IMG/VR virus record: IMGVR_UViG_3300033074_000984
Strand: one strand, 5' to 3'
From: a virus
Taxonomy: Duplodnaviria; Caudoviricetes
Length of the DNA stretch: 64,000 nucleotides
This document shows, one piece after another, positions 16,754 to 26,416 of the stretch (positions within the stretch are counted from its first letter, which is position 1; each line of letters starts with the position of its first letter). The notes beneath the pieces are model-generated. The model ran no database searches and was not told the origin of the DNA. It saw only the letters and a list, made by a program, of their open reading frames with translations. A program made the position numbers and the translations under genes.

Positions 16754-19700
16754 TCCGTATCCTTGTTGATCTTCTCTTGACCCTTAGCATGGGGGGGAGG
16801 CACGTCTGGCTTCCCTCCCTTTTCTTCTTTGTCTTCCCCGCCACCGCTCTTTTCAGAGCGCACGTGCTCTACCGTGCTCTCGCTCTTCTCCTCGCCACCG
16901 CCCTTAGACGCTTCTGGCGCCTCTCTCGGCTCGTCCTTCTGACGCGGCGCCTGATCCGCCTTCTCTGAGAGCTCGTCTGACGTCGTCGAGTCCTCTGTGC
17001 CCTTTCCAACTCTTCCTGGACTAGAGTCTGCGTCTGGTGCCGGCGGACCCATAGAGCTGAGATCTGCTCCTGTAGCCCTGCCGTCTGAGTCTCTAGCGTC
17101 TCTTACGAGGTCGCCGAGCGGCTTCGGCCTCTTACTTGATTCCGGCTCGGGCGCGTGAGACAGTGGAGAGTCTGGCTCTGCACCAGTGGGCTTGGCGCTT
17201 GGGTCTGCCCAGCGCTGCTCTATCAACGCTCTCTCTCTAATGCGCTGGTCTATTCCCGAGCTGAGCTGGTCAGTGGGTATTCCCCACGCGTTTGCGTATC
17301 GCTTGTCAAGACCGTTCTTCCAGCTCCCCACGATGCCACGAGAGCCGTAGAAGTCGTTGTGCATCATGTCGCCCGCGCCGTAGCCTCGAACAGCTCCACC
17401 GCTGCCCGGAAAGTACATTCCGGGACTCTGCTGACGAGCCAGTGCAGGGTTGTTCTTTCGCAGCCAGAGCTGAACGTCCTGATTGAAGCGCTCGTACATT
17501 CCCCAGTTGCTGCGGCTGCCGGCGTACTTCGCGTGCGCGCCCTCGTGCTCGCCCTGGATGTAGTTCCCGAGTATGTTGTGATGCTCGTCGCGAATGCGAT
17601 AGTCCACAGCGGCGTACTTCGAGTGGCCCGTGCTGCCTGGCCTATAACCAGAGTACGCCTCGGCGCTGTATCCAGGAGGAAGGTACCGACTGGCGTCTCG
17701 ATACGCGTCTAGCATCACCGCTCGTCGCGGGTCTCCTCCAGAGCTGTACTGCGGCGTGGTGGAGAACCTTACGTCTCCACCCGCACCCGTAAAGCGCTGT
17801 CCCCCGGCTCCCCACACAGGGCCTGGACCAGTCATTGCAGGAGCCATGACCGGCTGAGACGTTGACGGCTGAGACGGCATGGGGTGTAGCGACGCGAGCT
17901 GCTGCTGTATCTGCATGTGCCTGGCGTCTAAGAATCGACCGTCACCGCTCGGCGTGCCAGCAAGCGTGCCTGTTCCAGAGCTCTTGTCTGGGTAGTTGTT
18001 CCACCTCACGCCACTAGACTGTATGTTCTCTAGGTTCGCCGACCTAAACGCGCCGAGCGTCGTGACGTCCTTGACCCCCTTGAACGCGTCGTCGCCGAGA
18101 GCACGATTTATCGACTGGGCTCCAAGAGAGAAGCCGTACATCGCGCTCGGTCCAGCGCCACCGGCCGCGCGCTTCTTAGCCTCTTCAACAGCTGCAGCTG
18201 GAGAGGACGCGCCGATCGTTACTGGGTCATAGCCCCTTGCACGAGCGTAGCTCTCAAACGCCTCTTGGTTCCAAGCGCCGTTGAGGCCCTTGAAGCCGTA
18301 CATATCACCGTTTGAGAGACGCGTAGCTCCTGCCCCCGTGTCTCCGACACTCGCAGTGGCGCCCTTCGGCGCACCAGCGCTAGCAGGCACCGGCTGCTTG
18401 AGGGTCGGGCTAGGGCCGGTCTGTACGAACTGACTGGTCTCGTCTCCAGTAGACAGTCGTGGGAGTCGCTTTACTCCCTCTACGTCAGCGGCGTGCGTCC
18501 CGAACGTCTCGGAGCTGTTTATGCTGTCACCCGCAGTTTTACCAACCGCGAAGTCGCCGAATGGGCTACCAGTCCTTCGCGCCAACGCGTTCCTAGCGAC
18601 GCTGCCACTGGCCTGACCGGTAGACGGCATCCCAGTAAACTCTTCTGTCATGTGCGAGCCCTTCATGACCTTTTGGTCAAGAAGCTCGTTAGTCTGCTTC
18701 ACCCACCAAGCTGGCGGGTTGCGTTGGACGTTAAGGCCCTCGTAGTAGCCGCCCTTCACCGTTGACGGCTTGAGGTCTGTCCACAGCCCTTCCCGGTCAT
18801 ACCGCTTCGCGTAGCTCTTACCTGACAGCGCTCGAGCCTGAGCGCGATCGAAGTGCTGCTCAAGCCACATCTGATGGTTCTTTATGCCCTGTCCCCTAAC
18901 CTCGCCCCAGCTCGCCTGAGCGAGCTTCATGCGAAGGTTAGGGTCTTTGATCTGCTCTTCGTATCGACTACGGTCTATGCCACCCTTGAAACCAACGGGC
19001 TCGAATCGTCCCTGGTTCCTCGGGTCCATCGGCGTCTTGGAGAAGTCTGCGGGTGACAGGGTCGCACCGTACCTCTCAAAGCCGCCCTTTCCAGACATCT
19101 TGGGATCGAGCATCGCGCCCGACTTAGAGAAGAAGCCGGTGCCCTGCTCTAGGCCAGACGTGTTCTTCTCGCCGGCTCTCGTTATCGGCGGAGTGAGTTG
19201 CGCCGGCGGAGAGAACGAACCGGACCTGTAGTCGCTCGTCTGTCCGCTAGAAGAGAAGGTCGACGGGCCCGAGCCCATCTTCACTGCATACGGCGTATCA
19301 CTCCACGCGCGCGCTCGCTGCTCTGGGGAGCCCGTGTCGCCGTATCCGGGACCGACCGCACCAGACCCACTAGACGGCCCTGAGCCGTACGAGCCCCTGC
19401 CGCTAGATCCGGGGCCATACGTGTCTGAACCTCCCCCGGGGCCGTATGACGGCGCCCCCTGAGAGTATCCCGGGCCCCAGTCACCGCCGTAACCCTGACC
19501 TCCCCAGCTTGACCCGCCACCAGACGGACCAGGCAGCGCGTTGCTGAGCCGACCAGACCACGACGGAGCTCCAGAGCCGAACGACGACCCGCCACTAAAA
19601 GCTGGTCCTCCACCTATGCCGGATCGTGACGTGAAGCCGCCGCTCGATCCGCCACCTGAGTACGAGGCGTTCTGAAACCCGCCTGACCCGGTGCTAGACC

Positions 19701-20451
19701 CAGCAGAGAACTCACCAACGTCAAAGATGATCTTCTGCGCACGGAACCGTATCTTGTCCGCCTTTATTGTCAGCTTTCTTGACTGCTGCCCACCAAAGCT
19801 GGCTTGTCTGAAGCCCTCGTTGGATCCGAACGACGAAGAGGCGTAGTCGTCGCCGAGTGGCGTTTCAGAGCCGTCTCTCTCGATCCTTCGAAAGGATCCA
19901 GGCACCATTTGAAAGCTCGTAGGGTCAGGCTTCGGTGTCCAGCCGCCAGAGTCGGGAGCAGACGGGCCAGGTATCGGCGCAGGCGGCTCGGCCTCTTGCG
20001 GCTGAGACGACTCTCTAGACTGTGCTGGGGCGAGGCTGCTGGCTTCGTCCTCCTTCTCGTTAGCGCTTGACGCGCCTGCCATGCTGGCGGCGCCGGCAGC
20101 TACAGACGCCAGAGCCGCGCCCTTAAGAAGCGAAGCGAGCACGCCTGACTCTTTCTTTCGAGAGTCTTCTGCCTCAACGCTCTCACGTCGCATGTCCGTG
20201 AGGGTGGCGTTGATCCTTCCAAGGTGCTCGCTTATGTTCTGAGTCGAGAGGCTGATGTCTTGAAGGACGCTTGGCACGTCACCCGGCTCAGTCGACCCAG
20301 CTCGAGAGCTCTGTCCCTGAAGCGCTGCCGGCGCCTCTCTGCGCCTTGATCCGCCACTTGAAGAGATGCCGAGCGCTTGTCTTCCTACGTACTTACCCAC
20401 GGTGCCAAGGGCGCCGACCACTCTCGTTGCTACCGCTGCAAACGCTGCCAT
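16750..20451 (-). CDS. Large low-complexity virion/baseplate-hub protein with putative SleB-like, GxSxG esterase and M15 peptidase domains
   Basis: GEVRGQG...DRA; MYGFSLGAQ; SGYRPGSTGHSKYAAVD...DMMHND; in the gp26/gp51 operon. Confidence 0.6.
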   Translation of the reverse strand: MAAFAAVATRVVGALGTVGKYVGRQALGISSSGGSRRREAPAALQGQSSRAGSTEPGDVPSVLQDISLSTQNISEHLGRINATLTDMRRESVEAEDSRKKESGVLASLLKGAALASVAAGAASMAGASSANEKEDEASSLAPAQSRESSQPQEAEPPAPIPGPSAPDSGGWTPKPDPTSFQMVPGSFRRIERDGSETPLGDDYASSSFGSNEGFRQASFGGQQSRKLTIKADKIRFRAQKIIFDVGEFSAGSSTGSGGFQNASYSGGGSSGGFTSRSGIGGGPAFSGGSSFGSGAPSWSGRLSNALPGPSGGGSSWGGQGYGGDWGPGYSQGAPSYGPGGGSDTYGPGSSGRGSYGSGPSSGSGAVGPGYGDTGSPEQRARAWSDTPYAVKMGSGPSTFSSSGQTSDYRSGSFSPPAQLTPPITRAGEKNTSGLEQGTGFFSKSGAMLDPKMSGKGGFERYGATLSPADFSKTPMDPRNQGRFEPVGFKGGIDRSRYEEQIKDPNLRMKLAQASWGEVRGQGIKNHQMWLEQHFDRAQARALSGKSYAKRYDREGLWTDLKPSTVKGGYYEGLNVQRNPPAWWVKQTNELLDQKVMKGSHMTEEFTGMPSTGQASGSVARNALARRTGSPFGDFAVGKTAGDSINSSETFGTHAADVEGVKRLPRLSTGDETSQFVQTGPSPTLKQPVPASAGAPKGATASVGDTGAGATRLSNGDMYGFKGLNGAWNQEAFESYARARGYDPVTIGASSPAAAVEEAKKRAAGGAGPSAMYGFSLGAQSINRALGDDAFKGVKDVTTLGAFRSANLENIQSSGVRWNNYPDKSSGTGTLAGTPSGDGRFLDARHMQIQQQLASLHPMPSQPSTSQPVMAPAMTGPGPVWGAGGQRFTGAGGDVRFSTTPQYSSGGDPRRAVMLDAYRDASRYLPPGYSAEAYSGYRPGSTGHSKYAAVDYRIRDEHHNILGNYIQGEHEGAHAKYAGSRSNWGMYERFNQDVQLWLRKNNPALARQQSPGMYFPGSGGAVRGYGAGDMMHNDFYGSRGIVGSWKNGLDKRYANAWGIPTDQLSSGIDQRIRERALIEQRWADPSAKPTGAEPDSPLSHAPEPESSKRPKPLGDLVRDARDSDGRATGADLSSMGPPAPDADSSPGRVGKGTEDSTTSDELSEKADQAPRQKDEPREAPEASKGGGEEKSESTVEHVRSEKSGGGEDKEEKGGKPDVPPPHAKGQEKINKDTD

Positions 20452-20452
20452 G

Positions 20453-23128
20453 CTACCTACTCGTTATGCTCGCTGAAGAGCCGATGTCTGCTGCGGACGA
20501 CAGCTCGTCCGCCGTACTTGAATCGCTTCCTGGTGACCTGCGAGCTCTTGGAGTCGTTGGAACGCCGCGCTGTGGCTGAGAGCTGCTCGAGTCTATCACG
20601 ACTGTTCTGGTCACAGTTCGAAGGCTCGTCTCGTTAGCAGCGCTCGTCGCTGCGCTAGACGCGGCGAGCGAAGCCTCTGCAGCGGACCTTGACGTCGTGA
20701 CACCGCTCAGGAAGGCCTCAGAGCTGACACCAGAGCCCCCCGATCGGTCTGCACGCGGCGACCCAGGAGGTTGAGGCGCAGACGGCTGTGCCGGTGATCC
20801 CTGAGGCTGTATAGGAGCCTGGCCAGCCGTGTCCGTGACAGGCTTTCCGTAGTTCGCGTGGTACTTGTCCATGTCATCGGGAGAGACGACAGGCGACGCG
20901 AGCTGCTCACTCGAGAAGTTACGAGCGCTTACGCCGCCCGACTGAAAGTGCATCCTGTCATACGGCACTCCCGAGTTAAAGTGTCCACCCCAGACGAACT
21001 TCTCCTTTGGGTAGTACTTCTCCTGGTACTGACGAGCTGCCAGCGCCATTCGCTCGTAGACGCCGTAGCCCGGAACGCCAGGGCTGCCTATGTACGGCAC
21101 CCTCTTGTTGTTAGAGTCGTATATCTGAAAGTCAATGGCTCTGCCTGACGGGTGCCAGGGCGTGCCTGTCGATCGCGCGTCTACGGTGCTGATGACTCGA
21201 GCGTGATACCCCTCTGGAAGGCCCTTCTCCGCGGCGAACCGAGACGCCTCTACCAGCCAAGGTCGAACGTGTACGTCTCCTCGCTGGTAGCCGTGCGCGC
21301 CTGACTCGTCGAGTGCAGAGCTCTTGCCGAGAGGCGGGGGCCGTTCAGAGCCGCCGGTTGTCGGCCCAGAGTCATAGCCAGAGCTGCCAGAGCTTGGCGA
21401 GCCGCTCAGTTGAGACGAGCCTATGCTCGGCGACGAGAAAGACGGGGCGGCGACGTCGCCTCCCCCTATCTCACCAGCAGACCCGCCAGCAATCGAAGGC
21501 ATCTCCATAGACGGAGCAGAGCCACCGGCATCTCTTGGCGGGGGAGCGTAGTAGTCACGGCCAGGGCTGGATCCGCCGTACGGAGTCGCACCGACCGCCG
21601 CTCTCGGACCAGAGCCGCCGTAAGACGCTGCCACGAAACCGTTCGACGAGCCGTAGGACCCTGAGCCAGTCGCGAGGCCGTTAGGCGCTCTGCGCTCCAA
21701 CTCTTTAGCCTCGAACACGATCTCGTTAGCGTCAAACACGAGCTCGTCGAGTCGTATCTCGTCAGAGCTTCCAGACATGCTGGTCGGTGTAGCCCTAGGC
21801 TTCGCCTCAGACCGCTTGTCCGACTGCTCTCTCAGACCCTTGTCTGTCTTCTTCTTCTTGGCGCCGTTTAGATAGCCGCCGATCGTCTGCTTGCCAGTTA
21901 GTACGTCTAGAAGAGTTGACGGCTCGTAGTCCTCTGGAGACGCCTCTTCAGTCCTCTTTCGCTCTTCAGCTCGCTTTCCTATCTCTTCAAGGAACTTTCG
22001 TCGTCTCCACTCAGTCACGCCCGCGAGTATAGCAGCGGGACCGAACCTTAGCGCGTACGGCGTGGCCCACCGCAGAGCTGCAAGGCCACCTCTTCCCGCC
22101 CAACGCGCTCCCTTAAGACCGGCTGTGCCGGCTATTCGTAGCCCCTTTAGCGCTACGCGAGCTCCAGTCCGTACGCCGCGACCGAGCGCTCCGAGGCCCA
22201 ACTTTGCTCCTCGTAGCATGCGCTTAAACGTGCCAAGACCCAACAGTCCGCCCAGCAGCTTCTTTAGCCAGCCACCGTCTGACGACCCAGAAGGGTCTGA
22301 TGAGCCGTGCATGGCTGATCCGGCAGCAGCCCCTCTCTTGATACCACTCAGGCCGTCGGCCATCGTCTTCACGAGACCCTCTATGCCTGCCACGCTCACC
22401 CTGATGGCTTCTACCTGTTGAGGCTCTACGGAGCTCGACGACTGCTGATCACTCTGAACAGAGCGAGGACGTCGAGCTTGTGGCGGCCTTCGCGTAACCT
22501 CTGATATGCTGGGCTTGAGTCCGACGGCGTTAAGCGCTGAGTACTTCACGACGCCGCTGATCATGCCGGACGGCGTACGCCCAGACATTGAGAGACTCTT
22601 CGCCAGGCTCTTGCCACCAACGCCGAGAGCGAGACGTGTCAGAGCCCCGAACGTAGAGCCTACTACGCCACTCTTTCTCTTACGTCGTCTTGTCTTTAGC
22701 CGCGCTCTCGGCCTCTTCTCCGTCTTTGTCTCGTCAGCCTCTTCTGGCTCAGACTCGTCTTCAGCGTCACTCGGCTCCTCTGGAAACGAGAGGCCCATGC
22801 GCTCCATCTGAGCGTCAACGTCTTTCTTAGAGCCGCCAAACTGCTGCTTGACGAGCGAGTACACGTCTTCACGAGACAAGCCCTGATCAACGAGCTTCTT
22901 GAGGAACGCTGCGTTCTGCTTAGACCACGGACCGACGTCGTCTCCTCGATAGCCGCTCGAGGAGAACGTCAAGCCCATGCGCTTCATCTGCTCATCGACG
23001 TCCTCCGCCGACCCGCCAAAGTATCGCTTTATGATGGAGTAGACGTCGTCGCGAGACGTTCCCCGCTCTACGAGCTTCTTTAGGAACGCTGCGTTCTCTG
23101 CCGTCCAGGGGCCTGAGCCGGTGCTCAT
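20453..23128 (-). CDS. Large virion/baseplate-hub protein with M15 (LAS) peptidase and duplicated N-terminal HTH-like repeat
   Basis: WHPSGRAIDF...WGGHF...DRMHFQ; two ~50-aa WT.E...LKKL repeats. Confidence 0.65.
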   Translation of the reverse strand: MSTGSGPWTAENAAFLKKLVERGTSRDDVYSIIKRYFGGSAEDVDEQMKRMGLTFSSSGYRGDDVGPWSKQNAAFLKKLVDQGLSREDVYSLVKQQFGGSKKDVDAQMERMGLSFPEEPSDAEDESEPEEADETKTEKRPRARLKTRRRKRKSGVVGSTFGALTRLALGVGGKSLAKSLSMSGRTPSGMISGVVKYSALNAVGLKPSISEVTRRPPQARRPRSVQSDQQSSSSVEPQQVEAIRVSVAGIEGLVKTMADGLSGIKRGAAAGSAMHGSSDPSGSSDGGWLKKLLGGLLGLGTFKRMLRGAKLGLGALGRGVRTGARVALKGLRIAGTAGLKGARWAGRGGLAALRWATPYALRFGPAAILAGVTEWRRRKFLEEIGKRAEERKRTEEASPEDYEPSTLLDVLTGKQTIGGYLNGAKKKKTDKGLREQSDKRSEAKPRATPTSMSGSSDEIRLDELVFDANEIVFEAKELERRAPNGLATGSGSYGSSNGFVAASYGGSGPRAAVGATPYGGSSPGRDYYAPPPRDAGGSAPSMEMPSIAGGSAGEIGGGDVAAPSFSSPSIGSSQLSGSPSSGSSGYDSGPTTGGSERPPPLGKSSALDESGAHGYQRGDVHVRPWLVEASRFAAEKGLPEGYHARVISTVDARSTGTPWHPSGRAIDFQIYDSNNKRVPYIGSPGVPGYGVYERMALAARQYQEKYYPKEKFVWGGHFNSGVPYDRMHFQSGGVSARNFSSEQLASPVVSPDDMDKYHANYGKPVTDTAGQAPIQPQGSPAQPSAPQPPGSPRADRSGGSGVSSEAFLSGVTTSRSAAEASLAASSAATSAANETSLRTVTRTVVIDSSSSQPQRGVPTTPRARRSPGSDSSTADELSSAADIGSSASITSR

Positions 23129-23439
23129 CAGTCTCCCTTAGCAGCTCGCGCTATGATGTCTCGCTTCTCTCGACCGCGAGACCAGGCGTAGACGCCGAGT
23201 ATCGCTCCGAAAGAGAGGTGAAAGAGCCCCGCGCCTTGAAGGGTTATTGGGGTCCAGACAATAACCGGTACGCCCAGAAAAAAGCACCACCAAGGCATAA
23301 AGATGGGCGCGACCATGAAGTCGAACGCGCATATGGTCAGATAGACCCAAGCCGCTGCGGGCCTCCACCAGCGCTTGAACGCGCTGTTCTCTGTGATCTC
23401 GATGTCGTCAGCCGCTCGACTTATCTCGCTCTCTGTCAC
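23128..23439 (-). CDS. Small membrane protein, holin-like
   Basis: WWRPAAAWVY..ICAFDF..AP, W.PITLQGAGLFHLSFGAILG..AW.RG.EK; 2-3 TM segments. Confidence 0.65.
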   Translation of the reverse strand: MTESEISRAADDIEITENSAFKRWWRPAAAWVYLTICAFDFMVAPIFMPWWCFFLGVPVIVWTPITLQGAGLFHLSFGAILGVYAWSRGREKRDIIARAAKGD

Positions 23440-23716
23440 CCTCGCCCCCTCGCGCTTCTATCATCCTACGCTTATTTAGGGCAGCTACGCGCATGAGGTC
23501 AGCCATGTCGTCGTTGGACACTGCTTTCATGTCGAGAGAGGTTGGGTGCTGCTCTTGAGACCCCCCGTCTGTCGCCCCACGACGAGCGTTGAGCATATCG
23601 ACATACAAGTCGCGCTCGAACGGTACGAGATCGTTGATGTCGGCTATGCTCCAGCCGTGATCTTCTACTAGAGCGAGTACGGTCTTGTAATACGAGGAGA
23701 GGGTCGAGTTACTCAA
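23408..23716 (-). CDS. 51: Baseplate hub assembly catalyst gp51-like
   Basis: LSSYYKT..AL...HGWSI.DI..L.PFERDLYVDML; directly after gp26. Confidence 0.8.
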   Translation of the reverse strand: MSNSTLSSYYKTVLALVEDHGWSIADINDLVPFERDLYVDMLNARRGATDGGSQEQHPTSLDMKAVSNDDMADLMRVAALNKRRMIEARGGEGDRERDKSSG

Positions 23717-24426
23717 CCCAAGTCGAAAAAATCCGCTAACGTGTTCAGCGTCACGCGCCGATCCCTACCGAGAGAGTTCTTGTAAGCTACGACGTACTCG
23801 AGCCTGGGTGCAGAGTCAAGGTACTCGCGCATCTTAAGCAGGCTACGCATGTCAAGGCCGTCGATGAACTCCTCTATGTCCGCGTCTGTCATGCTCGATC
23901 GATCGTAGACGGTCTCGCCGTCCCAGACGCTCTTCACGCAGCTCTTGAGCACCTCATAGACGGCGTTCTCCTCGTCCAGCTCCGAGAGCCTCTCGTCACC
24001 GTACACGCCAGCCGGTGGGTATCGCAGCTCTACGCCGACGGTGTCTGTCACGCGAACGCGTGAGTCTATCGTCGTCTCCGGCCTCTTGACCTTGATGTCA
24101 GATATCTGGATATCAAACGGGTACGTCTGTTGGTCCTCGGGATCGAGGTATCGCACGGTTATGACGCCGTCTACAGAGATCGCGCGAAGCTGCAAAAAGA
24201 GCCACTCTACGTCGAGCACCGTAAGGTCGTCTACGTCAAAGCCCTCACGCAAAGCGCACAGGTTCACCACCTGCTTAATCGCCCTGATCATGTCAGAGCG
24301 AGACCCTGAAGTCTTGGCCATGAGGAAGAGCTTCTCCTCTCGAACGGTGTACGGCCGAAACTTCTCCTTCTTGCCGAGAGAGGGCACGAGTATGTCATGA
24401 ATCGGGAGAACGATCTTTGGTAGCAT
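23713..24426 (-). CDS. 26: Baseplate hub subunit gp26
   Basis: MLPKI..P, FRPYTVREEK.FL, D.EWLFLQLRA.SV and L.DFF. Confidence 0.88.
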   Translation of the reverse strand: MLPKIVLPIHDILVPSLGKKEKFRPYTVREEKLFLMAKTSGSRSDMIRAIKQVVNLCALREGFDVDDLTVLDVEWLFLQLRAISVDGVITVRYLDPEDQQTYPFDIQISDIKVKRPETTIDSRVRVTDTVGVELRYPPAGVYGDERLSELDEENAVYEVLKSCVKSVWDGETVYDRSSMTDADIEEFIDGLDMRSLLKMREYLDSAPRLEYVVAYKNSLGRDRRVTLNTLADFFDLG

Positions 24427-24441
24427 TCACTTGTCCTGCTG

Positions 24442-25104
24442 TTAAACTACTGCCTGCTGCGCTCCGAGCACCATGTTCCACTCCTGGAACGTGAAGCTCA
24501 CGACGAGTCTCTGTACAGAGTTGATCATGCCCCACCCAACTGGTCTGTCTGCCACCATGGTCGGAAACGCGTGAGTGAGGTCTATCTGCTCTATCTGACG
24601 GCCCGTGGGGTCGTACTGTCTAATATTTATGGGCGCCGTGTATTGGTCTGGATAGTCGATCTCATAAGACGGCAACCTTCCTCCAGCAGAGGCCACAGAG
24701 CCGATGCCCAGCGACTGCCCAAAGTTGACTATGGAGTTCAACCACGAGTAAAAGAAGCTCTGCACGAGTCCGCTCTGATCGACTATGAAGCTCACGGCGA
24801 TGTCAGAGAACACAGCGTTTATAGCCTGCTTCCTTATCGGCCCGAAGCCGTACCTCTGCACCATCTGCGTACCGACAAGCGTGCCTGGCAGGCGACAAGT
24901 GTCGGCTCGAAGCAGGAGCATTCGCGACACGTCAGTCGAGAGCATCTCCCTTCCAGAGTAAGAGCCGATAGAGCTCGGAGCGCCGAACGCGTTCCCTGGA
25001 CCAGAAAGCGCTGGCGGCACTGTTATCTGCACCTCGAACGAGTGCTGCTTAAGGTAGCCGCGCTCAGCCAGCTCTCCCCGCATATCCGATAGCTTGAAAG
25101 GCAC
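24442..25104 (-). CDS. 54: Baseplate tail-tube initiator gp54 / tail-tube-like protein
   Basis: C.LPG, FF..W.N.I, YPDQY...I.I.QYD, AFP..V and V.FTF..W (gp19/gp54 fold pattern). Confidence 0.7.
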   Translation of the reverse strand: MPFKLSDMRGELAERGYLKQHSFEVQITVPPALSGPGNAFGAPSSIGSYSGREMLSTDVSRMLLLRADTCRLPGTLVGTQMVQRYGFGPIRKQAINAVFSDIAVSFIVDQSGLVQSFFYSWLNSIVNFGQSLGIGSVASAGGRLPSYEIDYPDQYTAPINIRQYDPTGRQIEQIDLTHAFPTMVADRPVGWGMINSVQRLVVSFTFQEWNMVLGAQQAVV

Positions 25105-25670
25105 TACATCCTCCCTCTAGAGTCTGCCCAGACCCTCTCGGAGTCGGCTCCCTTGAAACGTTGCGTCGGCAGCATCACGACCCTGTTCCAGTCTAGCGGC
25201 GACACGAGCCTGATCTCAGACGTCACGTGTCGCGACAGGTACTGCTTCACGCACGGCCGAAACCAACGACTAGCTGCTGCTCCCTTAAGGGCTCTGTAAG
25301 ACAGCGCCAGTCTTGTTCGCTCGGTTATCTTTGAGTTGTCGGGGGCCAGCTCCCAGAGGGCGTCCATCAGCCTCGACCGCAGCTCCGGTGGCAGGTAATG
25401 CACGTTAAGGCCAAGGAAACCGTCGCGCCTCATGTCTGTAACGAACACGAGTGGGTACCTGTCGTAGTACGGAAGTCGCGCCTTGAGCTTCGGGTCGTAG
25501 CCGAACATGACGAGTGACCCGATAACTCGCGACGTAACGAGCGAGATCTTGCCAGTATCCGGCCTAGCAACGAACGTTGATATCTTCTTGAGCTCGCGCC
25601 TCAGCCAGGCTACAGAGTCTCTAGTCAGCGACTCGCGAGTGCCCGTCGGCGGTTTTGGTAGCTTTGCCAT
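25104..25670 (-). CDS. 2: DNA end protector protein gp2
   Basis: F.YDPKLK..LPYYDRYPLVF, GFLGLN.HYLPP..R and PCVKQYL..HV.S. Confidence 0.92.
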   Translation of the reverse strand: MAKLPKPPTGTRESLTRDSVAWLRRELKKISTFVARPDTGKISLVTSRVIGSLVMFGYDPKLKARLPYYDRYPLVFVTDMRRDGFLGLNVHYLPPELRSRLMDALWELAPDNSKITERTRLALSYRALKGAAASRWFRPCVKQYLSRHVTSEIRLVSPLDWNRVVMLPTQRFKGADSERVWADSRGRM

Positions 25671-25697
25671 CTTCCTCGAGAATACATAGGAGTGAGC

Positions 25698-25705
25698 TAT
25701 TTATG
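25698..25705 (-). promoter_or_regulatory. T4-type late promoter for the gp2 operon
   Basis: CATAAATA on the - strand, ~30 nt upstream of gp2. Confidence 0.6.
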
Positions 25706-25724
25706 CTCTCTTCTAGGAGTTAAG

Positions 25725-26213
25725 ATGAAGGGGCTGTTCAAGCCTACACGACCAGAAAGGTACTCGGGCGACGCGCGGCAGATAGTGTACCGCTCCTCCT
25801 ACGAGCTTAAGTACATGCGCTTTCTCGACTCGTCCCCAGAGATAGAGCGCTGGTCCTCAGAGGAGGTCGTGGTGCCGTACGTGTCCCCAAAAGACGGTCG
25901 GGTGCACCGATACTTCGTCGACTTCTGGGTGCTTCGCAAGGACGGACAAGAGGCGATCATCGAGATCAAGCCGATGGTGGAGTGTCGACCGCCAAAACAG
26001 CCCAAGTCGCCTCGCGGAAAGAACAAGTACGTCGCCGAGGTCATGACGTACGCCGTCAATCAAAAGAAGTGGGAGGCCGCTAGCGCGTACGCGCGCGAGC
26101 GTGGCATAGAGTTTCTGGTTCTCACCGAGCGAGAGCTCGACATACCGATAAGGAGGACGAGACGTGCGAGGAAGAGCGCTTCGAAGGCACCACGCAGAGA
26201 GGTGCTCGTCTAG
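25725..26213 (+). CDS. 4: Head completion nuclease gp4
   Basis: KG.FKP..PE.Y.GD...IVYRSS.E, WSSEE..VPY.SP.DG..HRYFVDF, EIKP and NQKKWEAA. Confidence 0.92.
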   Translation: MKGLFKPTRPERYSGDARQIVYRSSYELKYMRFLDSSPEIERWSSEEVVVPYVSPKDGRVHRYFVDFWVLRKDGQEAIIEIKPMVECRPPKQPKSPRGKNKYVAEVMTYAVNQKKWEAASAYARERGIEFLVLTERELDIPIRRTRRARKSASKAPRREVLV

Positions 26214-26406
26214 AAGGACTAGCGAGTACCGTAACCAGCACCAGCTGATCTGGGACACGTACGATGATCAGGGTCAGCGGGCTCGCAGTTTTAGAGAGCA
26301 GCCAAAAGGGTGCTCGTGCTTCATGTGTGGAAACCCGAGGCGCTGGTTCGGCGCCTCGACGATTCAAGAGCGCAGGTACGAGACGACCTCTTGGGAAGAA
26401 GAATAA
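26164..26406 (+). CDS. Small basic Cys-motif protein
   Basis: CSCFMCGNPRRWFG..TIQE.R. Confidence 0.5.
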   Translation: MRGRALRRHHAERCSSRRTSEYRNQHQLIWDTYDDQGQRARSFREQPKGCSCFMCGNPRRWFGASTIQERRYETTSWEEE

Positions 26407-26409
26407 ATA
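26402..26409 (+). promoter_or_regulatory. T4-type late promoter
   Basis: AATAAATA just before gp48. Confidence 0.65.
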
Positions 26410-26416
26410 ACGAGAC

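Noticed and set aside
25725-26213. TnsA-like transposase
   Set aside because: Sequence and position (divergent from gp2, before gp48) match head completion protein gp4; no transposon ends
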